In this document: piece after piece, positions 1 to 13,165 of the stretch
How positions within the stretch are numbered: the first letter of the stretch is position 1
How the letters are laid out: the number at the start of each line of letters is the position of its first letter
DNA from: Negaprion brevirostris
Taxonomy: Eukaryota
Length of the DNA stretch: 64,000 nt
Direction: 5' to 3'
Assembly: GCA_030324005.1 (NCBI GenBank)
Contig: JARDVH010000132.1
Span: 69,050,040 to 69,114,039 of the forward strand
The notes under the pieces: model-generated
Seen by the model: only the letters and a program-made list of their open reading frames with translations
What the model was told of the DNA's origin: nothing
Databases searched by the model: none
Translations under genes and position numbers: made by a program

Positions 1-390
1 AAATGTGGGTCCACTACTGGCATCTTAAACTTAAGGAAATTACAAGGGTATGAAAACAGAATTGGTAACACTGGATTTGGTAGCTGGGTTAAAAAATAAG
101 ATTGCCAAAAAGCAGTAGCAACATTTAAGGAGATATTCCATAACTTTCAATAAAGAAATATTCATTTGAGGAGGGAAGACTCTACCAGAAGGATGCCACC
201 ATCTGGAGCTAACTAAGGAAGTTAAGGGTGGTATCAAAATGAAAGAGCTATCAAAATGAAAGAAAATGCAGCTCAGCTTTCTGGTAGGCCAGAAAATTGA
301 GAGTTTTAGAAACCAGCAAAAGATAACTAAAAATAAAGAGAGAAAAATGGATTATAAAAGAAAATAGCAAGAAATATAAAAATATAGTAA
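1..390 (+). mobile_element. CR1/HER1-type LINE ORF2 fragment (decayed, between endonuclease and RT)
   Basis: A-rich, stop-riddled frame with PW(E)LTKEVK...IK and SGRPEN..SFRNQQKITK-like residues, homologous to the better CR1 copy at 31314-32051. Confidence 0.6.
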
Positions 391-734
391 AGAGGAGGGT
401 AATGCAATGCGAGTCCGGGAATAGGTTCTGGCACTGCTCATTTTTTAATCCTTTTCTTATCCTGATGCATGGTACATAATCATTTTATCCTGGGCGTTTT
501 ATCATATGCCCTTGGAACATTTTTGGGGGAGTATTGATAACAGAATGCTTGGGGGTATACCACTGGTGAGACCGCAGAATTCCAATGGCATGAACAGCCA
601 GAGAATTCTGGCCCAGTATCAGATGCAATGCATCAAACTCTGAGACTGTATCAAAGATTCTGTCAAGCTCTAAGAGCATTAAACCAATAAGCTTTAATCT
701 TAACACAGGGCCAAAAACAATGCAGGTAATCCCC

Positions 735-3130
735 CACGTCTTGATCTACTCAAGTAAGATCATTTCTCATTATTCTACTGATCTATATTAATAGAGCCAC
801 TCCACCTCCTTTTACTTTCCTTCTGCTCTTTCCAAAATGTTTAATACCCTTGAATGTTCAGGTGTCATCCATGGCTACTTTTCAACCATGTCTCTGTAAT
901 AGCTATTATACTCATTTTTTTCTGTTTGCTATACTTTCATCCATTTTGATTATTAATACTGCAAGGAATGCGATAAAGAGTCTTTCATTCTATCCTTTTA
1001 CCGTTTTTTTTCCTATTCTGACTTTTTGTTGGTACATTCTTCTATTTTTATAGCCCTGTCCTTTCCTGTCATACTGCCTATATCTTATGTAATTATCTTG
1101 TACTATTGCATTGCCCTTTCTCTTAACCTTTTTAAATATCTGTTCACATGAAACCCCCCCACCAAAATTTAATTTAAAGCCCTCTCAACAGCTTTGGTTA
1201 TCGAAATGTTGCTGACAATCCCACCATCTACATCCTGAATGTTATCATTGATAAGAAACTTGATAGACCAGGTGCATAAGTATTGTGGCTACAAGAGCAA
1301 GTCAAAGGCTAAGGGGACCAAAATTATGCACAGTACTCCAGGTTTGGTTTCACCAAAGCTCCACATAACTGTTGCAAGATTTCTTTATTGCACTCCTTGC
1401 GATAAAGACTAACATGTCATCAGCCTTTTTAATTATTTGGTGTACCTTATTGGTAACTTTGTTCCCATTAAAAAGGCTTCCAGTTCCCACTGAACACTTA
1501 AACGCTTCACCCACTCACTTAACCTGTTGAATTTCCTTTCCAATTTTTTATGTTTACCTCACAGCTTACTGTCACAGCCAGATTTGTAGCAAAGCTGGAT
1601 AAGTTATTCTCAGTACCTTCATCCAAATCATTAATAAAGACTATGGGCATGATCTTAATAGCCATTCACGCCATGCTCCTGCTGCTGTGAGGTTGGAGAA
1701 TTTGGCAACCAGCTTGACCTCCGTTCACTGCAGCAGGATGGAAAAATCCCACTGGCCAGTAATATTGCAGCCTATAAAGAGGTGAGTCCCCAACAGTGAT
1801 CCTTGAAGGCACCCAACCAGTAACAGCCTGAAAACTTGACAATGCCCCAATTATCCTTACACTCTGATTATATCAACTAATCCTTTGTCTGTGCTATTGT
1901 ATGTATTGCTATTATCTACTATCTGTAACCACACAAGCCCTATTTTGTGTAACAATTTTTTTATATGGCATCTTAACGAATGCCTTTTGAAAATCCAGGT
2001 ATACTATTGTTCCAGTTTAACTCCCCTCTTAGTTACATCCTGATCATTGGTGTCAGACTAACTACTCTATAGTTTCTTCCTTTCCCTTTCCCTTTCCATT
2101 TTTTGTTGAATATCAATTTTACATTTTACATACTGTCCAACCCTCTGGCTTTGTTGTAGAATCTAGGGAATTTTGGAAAATCATATCCAATGCATCCACT
2201 ATCTCTGCAGTCACCACATTTAAAGCCCAAGGATAGAAGCCTTCATGCCCAGGGGATTTGTTGGCTTTTTTAAAATGTGGTTTCTGCAGCATTTTTCCCC
2301 TATTGAAGTTCCTCATTGATTATCTCCTTGGTTCTACACTATTTGGTATGCCTTTTGTGTCTTCTATGAATACAGATTCAAAATGTTTGTTTGGTGTCGC
2401 TGCCATTTCTTCTTTCCCCTTCTGAGCTTCAAAGGGATCAATATTTACTTTTGCTGCTCTCTTCTTTTCTACATATTCATAGAAACCCTTATAATCTTTT
2501 TCTATATTTCTTGCTTGTTTACTGTCAATCTATTTTTTCCCTTTTCATCAATATTGGGTCATCTTTGCTGGTTTCTAATTCTCAACTCTCATTCTTACTG
2601 TTCTTTTCAACATTATAAACCTCTTTTATTAAAAATCTAATACTATTATTAACTTCTTTAGTCAGCTAGTGATGGATCACTTTTCCTGTGTAAGCTTTGT
2701 TTGTCAATGAAACATAGGATGAAAATTTTGAATTATTTATTTAAATTAAATGCTTGTCACTGCTTGTCTACCTACATACCTTCTCGTCTATTTTCAAATT
2801 GATCTTTTCTAATTCATCCCTCATACCTTTGTAATGGGCTTTATTTAAATTTGAAACACTGTTCCAGGTTTAAGTATCTCATACTCAAGTTTAATGGGAC
2901 TTTTAAAAAAAAGTCATATTTAATATCATTCTATCCCATAGGCTACCTCACAGTAAAGGATCCTATCTCATTAATCATCATCAATTAACCCTATCACATT
3001 GCACCGTGCAAGATCTAACAAAGCCGTACCCGTGTTGTTTGGTTCCATGATTTTATTGTTCTAAAGGAGTTCTTGAATTCATTCTACGACCTCCTGCTCC
3101 AAAATATTTTTGCCAATTTGGTTTGTCCAG
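735..3130 (-). mobile_element. Several decayed CR1 LINE fragments (endonuclease, RT and C-terminal parts)
   Basis: ORF 2119-2316 KANKSPGHEGFYPWALNVVTAEIVDALDMIFQNSLDS matches the CR1 KSPGPDG..P..LKEVA..I.DAL..I.Q..LDSG motif seen at 31314-32051; RT remnant 'gccttttgaaaatccagg' (reverse DFQKAF) near 1982. Confidence 0.75.
1644..1772. mobile_element. Short non-autonomous element (MITE-like) inside a CR1 remnant
   Basis: Begins gggcatgatctt, ends aatattgcagcc (imperfect inverted termini); interrupts CR1 sequence. Confidence 0.35.
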
Positions 3131-3195
3131 GAGGGGTGTGCACACTCTGCGCGCGGGTGAGGACGAGTTTGTGTGGGTGTGGCTTTGAGGATGAG

Positions 3196-3824
3196 TCTTC
3201 AGGAAACAGCTGAATAGTTGTATAGTTTGTACAAAAAATTGTTTTCCTCACTGAGCCCTGCATTATACCCAAATCCTGGTCACTTAAACTGTATTGTGTG
3301 GTAGTCACTGGCTAGATTTGACCAATAGGTTTAAGATTTTGTTTTGGGAAATGGTCTCAGCAGAGTATAGGTATGGGAAAACAGATACTTTTGGGTTTCA
3401 GTCTTTGAGCATTCTATTAAAATGATTGATTTTACTTGTGGTAAATAGAAACTGCTGTGTATTTTGTAAACCATGTCTGGACAGCAAGGGAAGAAGAAAG
3501 TGTGGAACAGGGTATTCTTTGTAATTGATACAGTTAGTAGTCTGAATGCTGAGTGATCGGAAGCAGTTTAGACATAGATGAGGCGTTGAAGAAGCAGCAG
3601 CAAGAGAGAAGCTGCCATCTTCAGGAAACAGCTTGGCTATAGTTTGTGCAAAAGTTTGTTTTCCTCACTGAACCATAGACTATATCCAAGTCCTGGTCGC
3701 TCAAGCTGTATGGTGTGGTAGTCACTGGCTATATTTGACCAATAGGTTTATGATGGTATTTTTGGGAAATGGTCTCAGCAGTGTGTAGATATGGGGAAAC
3801 AGATACTTTTGGGTTTTCTGTCTT
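3196..3824. repeat. Two diverged ~210-bp direct repeats (3196-3405, 3618-3824), probably inside a solo-LTR-like insertion
   Basis: Both copies run tcttcaggaaacagc...gtggtagtcactggcta.atttgaccaataggttta...gggaaatggtctcagca...acagatacttttgggttt. Confidence 0.85.
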
Positions 3825-4044
3825 CGAGGGACCAGGTGCTTACTGCTAATTTGCTGAAGTATGAGATTGTTCTTTGCAGTGTTTTATTATCTTTCTTCCA
3901 CTTTATTAAACACAAGTATTTCTTTGCTTAATGAAAGAGAGGTCCAAATGTTCCTTGCTAATATCCAACACAAATGCACCATACAAAACCAGTCTTTCAG
4001 GTTTGAATATTCTCGCATATATCAGTCCAAAAGACATGATTCTT

Positions 4045-4172
4045 AGGTGCATTGACCATGCTAAATCCTCCCTCCCTCCCTGTACCTGAACAGGCGCCAG
4101 AGTGTGGCAACTAGGGGATTTTCACAGTGACTTCGTTGCATTATTAATGTAAACCTACTTGTGACAGTAATA
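4045..4172 (+). mobile_element. 3' part of an HE1-related SINE variant
   Basis: aggtgcattgaccatgctaaat (HE1-like) followed by ...cctacttgtgacagtaataa, a tail similar to the Rex/Babar tail near 52785. Confidence 0.5.
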
Positions 4173-4394
4173 ACTAAACATTAAATCAGTGGGGTTTTGT
4201 ATCTGTGTGTGTGTGTTGGTGAAGGATGATACAATTTGCGTTGCAGAACGTTTTATGGAGGTAAATGTAGTAATAAGCGATGTTAGTGGAAAGATTAACG
4301 TAAAAAATGAACTTTCACATACAAAAGAGAAGTTTGATAATGAAAAAAGAGAATTGGTAAGAACGATAAGAATCAATTGTGGAAAGTAGAACAC

Positions 4395-4900
4395 TTAACT
4401 GAGGACTTCAACACCCCTGCCCTGGCTTACTGATCTAGCAGACATTCCACCATACATCTGCCAACCCATGAAAATCGACAATCTGCCTGAAATCGTTGGT
4501 GCTGCATTTCATTTACCACTCCATGATGTACTGTACAACCCATCTACTGTTTGTCTTCCAACTCAGCATCCCATTTGGAGCATGCTTCCCAAACAAAATC
4601 TAGCAGTAGACATCCTCAGGATTGGGGAACGTGGGAACAACAGGTTCTTTGTGACAAACCTCATCTGTCCAATGATAGGCTTTGAACTACTATGGTGAGA
4701 GTAGTCCTTGTTAAATTTGCAGACCATGGTTCTAGCATAGCTACCCTCTACCCCTAGGGCCTCAGCACTGGTGTATTTGTGGAGAGACAGGTGCTGCATG
4801 TTACCAAGGAGTGTCCCCCCAACAGAGTAAATGGAGGACTGATCACCTTAAACTCAGTAAATGAGGGGGCTATCACTTGGCTTTGGGGATTTGCATTCAG
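4395..4900 (+). mobile_element. Vingi/ingi-type (I-group) non-LTR retrotransposon, decayed C-terminal ORF
   Basis: Across frameshifts reads (S)TPLPWL..LADIPPYI...LPLHDVLYNP...LPTQHPIWSMLP...GFELLW*E*SLLN...CICG..QVLHVTKECP...GGLITLN...AITWL, typical of the Vingi C-terminus with CCHC-like knuckle. Confidence 0.65.
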
Positions 4901-6697
4901 TAAATAATAGGAAGTTTCAAAAAGGAATAAATCCTTAAAGGGAGAAAAATACAAGGCGCATGGGAAACTGGAAGGGAGTGGAATTGACTGGTTGACTCTA
5001 CCAAAGAATTGGCACAGGCATGATGGGCTAAATGGCCTACTTCAGTATTATTGTGGTTTTCTATTGTTCAGATTTTACTTGGAAACCTTTTCAAACTATT
5101 TCCCTTTCTCTACATATAGTTGAAACATTCAGCTCCCTGTATATAGCTTTTCAATCTGCCCTTTCAACAAGTCGATAAATAATGACAGAAACATTTGTAG
5201 TGTGGAATAGATGCATGAGGATCAAGAAGGGTCTTTTAGAGGCAGGATCTGAATAGACATTCATTAATAACTGCCTTCAATTCCTGTAACAGTGACTGAC
5301 TGCACTCCCGCTTTGTTACTGAAGGGTTTCAGATAATGAGCCTTGCTGTCTTTATACTTCATCTTCCAGAATTACAGCAGACACTGACTTAATTGGCTTT
5401 AGTCTGAGAAGAGAAGGTAGCAAAGTGTCATAGTAAAACAATGAAAGGAGTTTACTGTAGATTTTTTTAATGTATAAAAATCTCATCGAGCACACAATAC
5501 ATCTATGCACAGTTCTAAGAGAAATATATTCTGGTCATATTTTCTTTATCTTCTATAAATATTTTGGTGTAATGTGTGTTAAATGAAAAGCAGATAAAAT
5601 GGTGTTTGAGTGAAACTAAAAAGAATAACAAACATAACATGTGCATTATTGTAATTATCCAAACAACTGTGTGCTACTAAGAATAAGCCATTATTGCAAT
5701 GACAAATACATTTCATCAAATGACTTTTTATTAAATTTATGGCAGTTATTTGTAATTCTTTGAATGTAATATCTTAGTATAACGTTTTTTTTTTGTCTTA
5801 TCCATACATAATGACAAATGAAAGGATGATTGCATTTTTTTCAATCACTCCCCTAAAACCTTTAGGTTACCATCACTACCATGCACCAAGAGGACAAATT
5901 AGAGGACAATGTTGGTCTTTTCCAAATCAATGTCTCTAAAGTTATTGCTGAGAGATAGGGTTATAGGAACAACAGCATAGATGGATGCTATTCAACTCAT
6001 AATACTTATATTAAGTCTGCAGATGATTTATGATTGGATTTTACAGGGTGCTGTGTTTCCTTCTACCCCACCTCTCCAACTAAAAGGTTGGTTGAGAGCC
6101 CACCCAGAAAAGGCTGCTGTACATTTTACCCTTGGCGGGGCATTAGTTGGTTCAAAAGCTCCACCCCTGTTAAATGAGAAGCAGGTCAGTGCATGTGGGA
6201 AGACTGCAGACAATCAATGCGCTGTGTTTAATACACCCAACCCGCCTTTAAAACCATCACAAAGGATGCATAATAATCATCCCTAACTATTTTAATCCCA
6301 TTTCCCTGCCCTTTTCATATTCTTCTTTTTCAAATGAATNNNNNNNNNNNNNNNNNNNNNNNNNNNNNNNNNNNNNNNNNNNNNNNNNNNNNNNNNNNNN
6401 NNNNNGCCCTAATTATGTTAAGTTGTGGGCTTTAACAAAAAGAAAAGATGTGGTTTTCACATGTAGGCTCAAACTAATAACAGATTTGCTAAAGGACTGT
6501 TGCCTATACCAAGGACAAACTGAAAGTAAAACAGTAAACTTTGCAACACCCTAATGACATCACCATTTAAATCATGTGATCAGCTCCTAAAGCAGCCTGC
6601 AGACACTTAAATATATAACAGTAGTGGTGCTGGTGCTAGTCCTATGAAAGGCCATCCTCTGAGTGATGAAGTTTCTTAATTCCTTATGGGATTCCTC

Positions 6698-6824
6698 AGT
6701 GATGTAATAAGAGGCAATCAATTATAGTATATGTAATTGATAAGAGATAATATAATTGATATATACAATTATATTATGTATAATATAGGAGGCAATTATA
6801 TTGATTGCTTCTTATTACATCACT
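6698..6824. repeat. 25-bp inverted repeat (1 mismatch) around a ~77-bp AT-rich spacer
   Basis: agtgatgtaataagaggcaatcaat (6698-6722) vs attgattgcttcttattacatcact (6800-6824). Confidence 0.85.
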
Positions 6825-6949
6825 TCCCCACAAAAGGAAATATTTTCTCAGCCATCTTTTTTCAAAAGGAGACCCAGCCTGATTAGATGCATGTTCATCA
6901 GAATTTTACAAGAGCAGGTTGGAGGCTATGAATCCTGTGGTAGTAACTC

Positions 6950-7520
6950 ACACCTAACTCCGTAAAGCCTGTCCATTATCTACAAGGTACAAGTCAAGAG
7001 TATGATGGAATACTCTCCACTTGCCTGGTTGAGTGTAGCTTCAATAACATTCAAAAAGTTCAACACCATGCAGGGCAAAATAGCCTGCTTGATTGGCACG
7101 CCTTCCACAGTTCATAATACAATTGAGCAGAGTCAACATGGTTTTATCAAAGGGAAATTCTGATTAATTAGAATTCCTTGAGGATGTAGCAAGCATGTTG
7201 GATGAAAAGGAGATCAGTGGATGTTGTATATTTTGATTTCCAAGGGGTATTCATTGAGGTGTTAATAAAAGGATGCTGCACAAGATAAAATCTCACGTGT
7301 TGGGGTTAATATATTACTATTGGGGTAGACAATTGGGTTACTGACAGAAAACAGATGGGATAAATGAGTCACTTTCAGGTTGCCAAACTGTAACTTTTGG
7401 AGTGCCATAGCCATTGATCATGGAGCCTCAACTATTTACAATGTATATGAATGGCCGAGATCAAGGGATCAGGTCTATTATAGCCAAATTGGCTGATGAT
7501 ACAAAGATAGGAAAGCAACT
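6950..7520 (+). mobile_element. Two abutting LINE RT fragments (CR1 clade)
   Basis: 6950-7110 reads IYKVQVKSMMEYSPLAWLS (same family as 11150-13165); 7120-7520 reads QSQHGFIKGK, VDVVYFDF, QLFTMYMN, KLADDTK. Confidence 0.7.
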
Positions 7521-7687
7521 TAGGAGGCTCATTTATCCAGATCCCCAAGAGGTGGGGTGGAAGATAGGAGGGGATTGGTAAAATCATGGGTAGCCGTATT
7601 GGGATCTGTTTTCCAAGTCTGTCCTGCATCTGACCGTTTTGCTATCGCCAGGATGACCCCTTGTGCATGAAGAGATTGCCATCTAAA

Positions 7688-7882
7688 TCATGGAATCACT
7701 ACAGTGCCAAAAGATGTCATTTGGCCTATTGAGTCCTCACCGACTCTCCAAATCCTATCCCTGTAACCCCTATGTATTTACTAGGGCCAGTCCACTCAAC
7801 CTGCACATCTTTGGACTGGGAGAAATGGAGCACACAGAGGAAAGCCATGCAGACATGAGGAAAATGTGCAAATTCCACCCAG
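7688..7882 (-). mobile_element. HE1/V-SINE-type SINE fragment
   Basis: tcatggaatcactacagtgc tail and aacctgcacatctttggactg...tgcaaattccac core, shared with the copies at 22143 and 44918. Confidence 0.75.
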
Positions 7883-10419
7883 TTTATTAAAATAAAGGCA
7901 TTACATTGAGATGTCTGTCAGCATTTCAGTAGAAAATAAATGAAATCACCAAGAGAACAATGCCAGACTGACAGGATAAATATATGTCTAAGATGAACAA
8001 GCTCTGAAGAAAGAAGTATGCCGCTTAATGGATTAGCAGACAAAAGTAAAATAGAGGAAAATGTACCTCTACAGGTCCAGGACTGTGGGACCTAGAATCA
8101 TAAAATATAATGTCTCAATCTTGGCCCCTAATGCTGCTGGGTCTGCAGAGCTGCTGGCCAATCAGATTGGTCATGCTTACTGATTGCTAACAAAGAGCAG
8201 GAAACAATGAGAAGTGAAGGAGGGCATGAGCTGACAAAATTCTGTCTGCTCATCTTCTGTCTGGCAATAATAGTTTTTTGATTTGCTAAATAATCTCTGC
8301 AAACACTGAATTTGATGATGGGTTTCTGCATGAGTACACCTCTAACCCCTAAAACTCAACTGTAAGAAAATGTTAATTCTAATTATAAATGAGGTACATG
8401 CTAATTAGAGATCTTTGGTTCCTTTTCAAAAGTAGAGATGGTTTGGGGTGAAATTGCTCAACCCTCACATTGCAAATTGCCTGCCTAATTTTCTTTTCCA
8501 TTGTGGATTTTTTGATCATAATTCAATTGTACCTAAAATGTCACTTCATTATTTAAGCAGGGAGGAGGGGATAAATCTGGTAACTACACATCCAGCAGTT
8601 TAACATCAGCTGTAGGGAAATTATAGGAATCTATCATCGTGGAAGGAGTGACTGAGCAATTAAACAAGTATGAGCTGATTAAAGACTTAGTGGTAACCTC
8701 GTGTCGTGGGTTTGTAATTGGTTGGAACAGTTGAGCTTGAGAGATGCCAAGAAGGAATAAAGGAAATACCCTTTGATTATCAGGATATGATAAGTATTGT
8801 TATTATGCACCACACAATAAATGCACTCTGAAACATTTTGATTGGTAAATCTATTTAATTTTAACTGTGATAAAGGAATTTATAACTGCTTTGTAGAATA
8901 GATATTTTGTGAACAAGCAAATAGAGAAATTCATATTGGCCACAATATTCTCTGAAAAAATAGAATAAGCTTGATTGTGAAATCCAAAATGGTTCTGGCT
9001 TAAATTTAGTGCAGTGGTACATTCCTAAATGTTATAAGTGCCACAGTCTCCACCAATACAAAAATAACGCCGAGGTACCATATTTAGTGGTGTGTTTCTT
9101 TGGAAAGGACAGTGCCTTTTTACATTGTGGGTTGGTGCAACTGCTGTTCTATGGCCTCACCAAGGGAAAATAAATACTTTTTAAATCTGTTTTATGATGT
9201 AAGGACAGACAAATAGTTTTAGATCAACTAATTCTATATTGGCAGAGATATTTATTTTACTAAATAAAACACTATTGAATGATGCAATTACCCTTGGCAC
9301 TGAGATTAATAACACCTGCATTTTCACCTTTTGTTAAAAAAAAATTCTAGTGCTCTTTTCATCACTTCCCTCTGCAGTATTTCCACCTCAAATTCACTTC
9401 AGGATTCATTAGTGTCACAAGATATTGGGACAAGTCATCCGGGCTCCTGATTGTCAGAGATCGGAAGTACAACTGAAGATGCACATTGAGACTCGGTGGA
9501 AGTCCTGATGCACAGCCCTACAAGGGAATTACCTGGGAAGTTTAAACTTATGATGGGCAATTTTTCTACTCTGCAGGGTCAGAGGGGATGACTGTTTCTA
9601 ATTCTCGAGTGTGCCTAACTCTCAACTGGAGTCAGAGCCTTTTGACAAATCCACAGGATTTGCCTGGGTAATTACTCATAAGATGTTTATACAGACTGGA
9701 CATATGAACCTACGCTAACGCCTGAGTAAGTCCACAACTGCCCTCCATCCACCCCCACCCAAATCACCTTGCTGGCTCCCCAGCTACCTCTTTCAGCTGG
9801 ACCCCCACTACCCTTAACCAGACCTGATTACGTCTAGTGCAATGGCTACCCTCCTGACCCAATACAACTATCCCTCCAATCCCAAACATGCAACCAGACC
9901 TGACTATACCACCTCCTCCTACCCTGATCTGACTACTACTCTCGACCATGGTACGGTATCCCAGGACACCAGCTGAGCACAGGTATGATAAGGGGTACAA
10001 GTTCACCAAGGTAATTATTGAGCACCTTGTTTATATGTTGTGGTAGCACTTCAGGTTCGGGGATAGATTTTTTGATATCTGAGCAAAGGATTCACGTATT
10101 GTTGTATTATTTTATACTGCATTGTGCATAACTTTTCCCATCAAAGAGCACTATCGTGGAGAACACAGGAGAGAGCCATGGGTGCACCAAGAGGAACCTG
10201 AAGAGATTGCAAATCATAACCCCATTAGAGTCATAGTGAGAGCTTTTAAATTTGCAAATAGGGCCACTGCATTAGTCGTTCTGTGCTATCCACAAATAGA
10301 CTACTTACAGTGCATTAATTTTGCCAGGTAACCATAAATATCATATTCTCACCAACTGCCCACAGCACAAACCTACTAACTTATGCAGGAAGCCTATTTA
10401 AACCTTTAACATAGCTATA

Positions 10420-11110
10420 TTCTAAAGGCATGCCCCAAGAGCTATATCTACTCCTTCTTGGAAACACACACTGTTTTGGCCTCAACTGCTTTCTGTGGTA
10501 TCGAATTCCACAGGCTAATCACTCTGGTGAAGAAATTTCTCCTCATCTCACGCCTAAATGGTCCACTCTGTATCCTCAGACTGTGAGCCCTGGTTCTGGG
10601 CTCCCTGCCATTGGGAGCGTCCTTCCTGCGTCTACCCAGACTAGTCCTGTTAGAATTTCATAGGTTAAGAAATCCTCCCTAATTTTTCTAAACTCCAGCA
10701 AATATAATCCCAATTGATATTTCCTCATACATCAGTCCCAGTGTTCCAAGATTGTGTGGTAAACCTTGGCTGCAAGAACATCTTTCCTCAGATTAGGAAA
10801 CCAGAACTGCATCAGTATTCTAGGTGTGGTCTCACCAAGGCCCTGTATAACTGCATTAAGACATCTCTGTACATGTACTTGAATCCTCTCACAATGACGG
10901 CCAACATACCATTTGCTGCCTTCACCTCAAACTGCATCTACATGCTTACCTACAGTGTCTGGTGTACAAGGATTCCCAGGTCTTGTTACACATTCCCTTC
11001 TCAATTTATAGCCATTCAGATAATCTGCCTTCCTGCTTTTGCTATCAAATTGGATAACCTTACATTAGCCACATTATATTGCATCTGCTCCCTCACTCAT
11101 TTACTCAGAT
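10420..11110 (-). mobile_element. CR1 LINE 3' part (RT C-terminus)
   Basis: Reverse strand reads LYRALVRPHLEY; ORF 10714-11112 is the antisense shadow (SRCGLTKALYNC). Confidence 0.85.
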
Positions 11111-11149
11111 GAATCAGTACTGCTCCATGTTAACATCACTTGGAGGAAG

Positions 11150-13165
11150 CATTGTGTGCAAAGTGTGCTGGGGAAGTGGGACTTAAATATATATCAACAA
11201 GAGTGGCTTGGAAGCACTACCATTGAGCAAGTTGGTCAGGTGCTAAAGGACGTAGCCGGTGGTGAGGAAACCAAGAAGAGGGAAAAGCATGCTTGATCTA
11301 GGAGCAACACCAGGCGTACATTAAGATGATCAGTCAACCTGATGAATCTACAACACAAAGCCACTTGCATGCCAAGTAGCAAATAATACAGAGAGCAATT
11401 CTGCAACAAATGGATCAGATCTGAGGTCTGCAGTTCTGCCATATCCCAGTTGTGAATGGTGGTAGACAATTAAACAACTCACTAGAGGAAGAGGCTGCAC
11501 AAATATCAGCATCCTCAGTGATAGAGGAGCCTAACACACTAGTGCAAAGATAAGGCTAAAGCATTTGCAATAATCTTCAGCTAAAAGTGCTGAGTAGAGA
11601 ATCCATATTGGCCCCTCCTGACGTCCCCATCATCATAGATGCCAGACTTCAGCCAATTTGATTCAATAAATCAAGAAACGGTTGAAGGCACTGGATGCTG
11701 CAAAGGTTATGGGTCCTGACGACATTCCAATGATAGTGGTGAAGACTTGTCTCCAGAGCTTGCCATGCTCCTAGCTAAGCTGTTCCAGTGCAGATACAAC
11801 ACTAACATCTATCCAGCAATGTGGATCATTGCCCAGATATGCCCTATGCACAAAAACATGACAAATCCAACCTGGCCAATTACCACCCATCAGACTACTC
11901 TTGATCTTTGGTAAAATGATGGGAGGGGTCATCAGCTGTGCAATCAAGTGGCATTTGCTTAGCAGTTCTACTCACGTTTGCTCCGTTTTCGGTTCCACCT
12001 GGATCACTCAGTCCCTGAACTCATTACAGCCTTGGTTTAAACATGGACAAAAGAGCTGAACTCCAGATGTGAGAGTGATTACCCTTGACATCAAGGCAGC
12101 ATTTGAAAAAGTGTGGCATCAAGGAACCCTAGCAAAACTGGAGTCAGTAGGAATTGGGGAAAACTCTCTGCTGGATGGAATCATTCCTGGTACAAAGGAA
12201 GCTGGTTATACAGTGGTTGGAGGTCAATCATCTCCATCACTGCAGGAGTTCCTCAGGATAGTGCCCTAGCTCCAACCATCTTCAGCTGCTTCATCAAAAC
12301 CTTCCGTCCATCGTAAATGTGCAGTTATCAGTGAAGCCCAGTGTTCAGTACCAGCAGGTGCTTCTGTGATACTGAAGTGGTGCATGTCACTATACAGCAA
12401 AACCTGGATAATATCCAGGATCAGGCCAACAATTGGTGAGTAACATTCACACCATACAAGTGCCAGGCAACAACCATCTCCAACAAGAGAGAATCCAACC
12501 AATGCCCCTTGACATTCAGTGGCATCACCATTATTGAATCCCTCACAACATCCTGGGAAGTTACCACTGACCATAAACATAACTGGACCATAAATATTGT
12601 GGCCACAAGAGCACATCACAGACTAGGAATCCTCTGGTGAGTAACTCAACTCCTGATTCCCCAAAGATTGTTCACCCACAAGGCACAAGTCCAGAGTGTG
12701 GTGGAATACTCTTCATTTGCCTGAATGAGTGCAGCTCCAACAACACTCAAGAAACTTGACACCATACATAAGGCATCTGTTCCTCAACCATTCACTCCCA
12801 CCACCACCAGCTAACAGTATGTACCATCCACAAGATACACTGCACCAATCTTTTGACAACACTTTCCAAACCCATGACCACCACTGTTTAGAAGGACAAG
12901 GGCAGCAGACATATGGGAACGTCATCTCCTGGAACTTCCCTCCTAAGTAATTCACCTTTTTGACTTAGAATCATGTGTCACCATTTCTTATTGTCACTGA
13001 ATCAAAATTCTGGAACTCCTTCCTGAACAGAACCATACATGTAACTAATCCACAGGGATTTGAGCAATTCAAGTAGGCAGGGCACCATCACTTTCTCAAG
13101 GGCAATTAGGGGTGAGCAATGAATGCTTGCCCAGCCAGTGAAACCCACATCCTGTAAATGAATTT
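11150..13165 (+). mobile_element. CR1-clade LINE of a second family, ~2 kb decayed ORF2 plus 3' UTR
   Basis: LKALDAAKVMGPDDIP, NPANYHPI-like, ITLDIKAAFEKVWHQG, AGVPQDSALAPTIFSCFI; 3' tail gggcaattagggg...gcccagccagtgaaacccacatcctgtaaatgaa shared with the tRNA-SINE copies. Confidence 0.85.

Noticed and set aside
10040-10150. CIVHNFSHQR-like residues suggesting a second Harbinger remnant
   Set aside because: Too short and decayed to support
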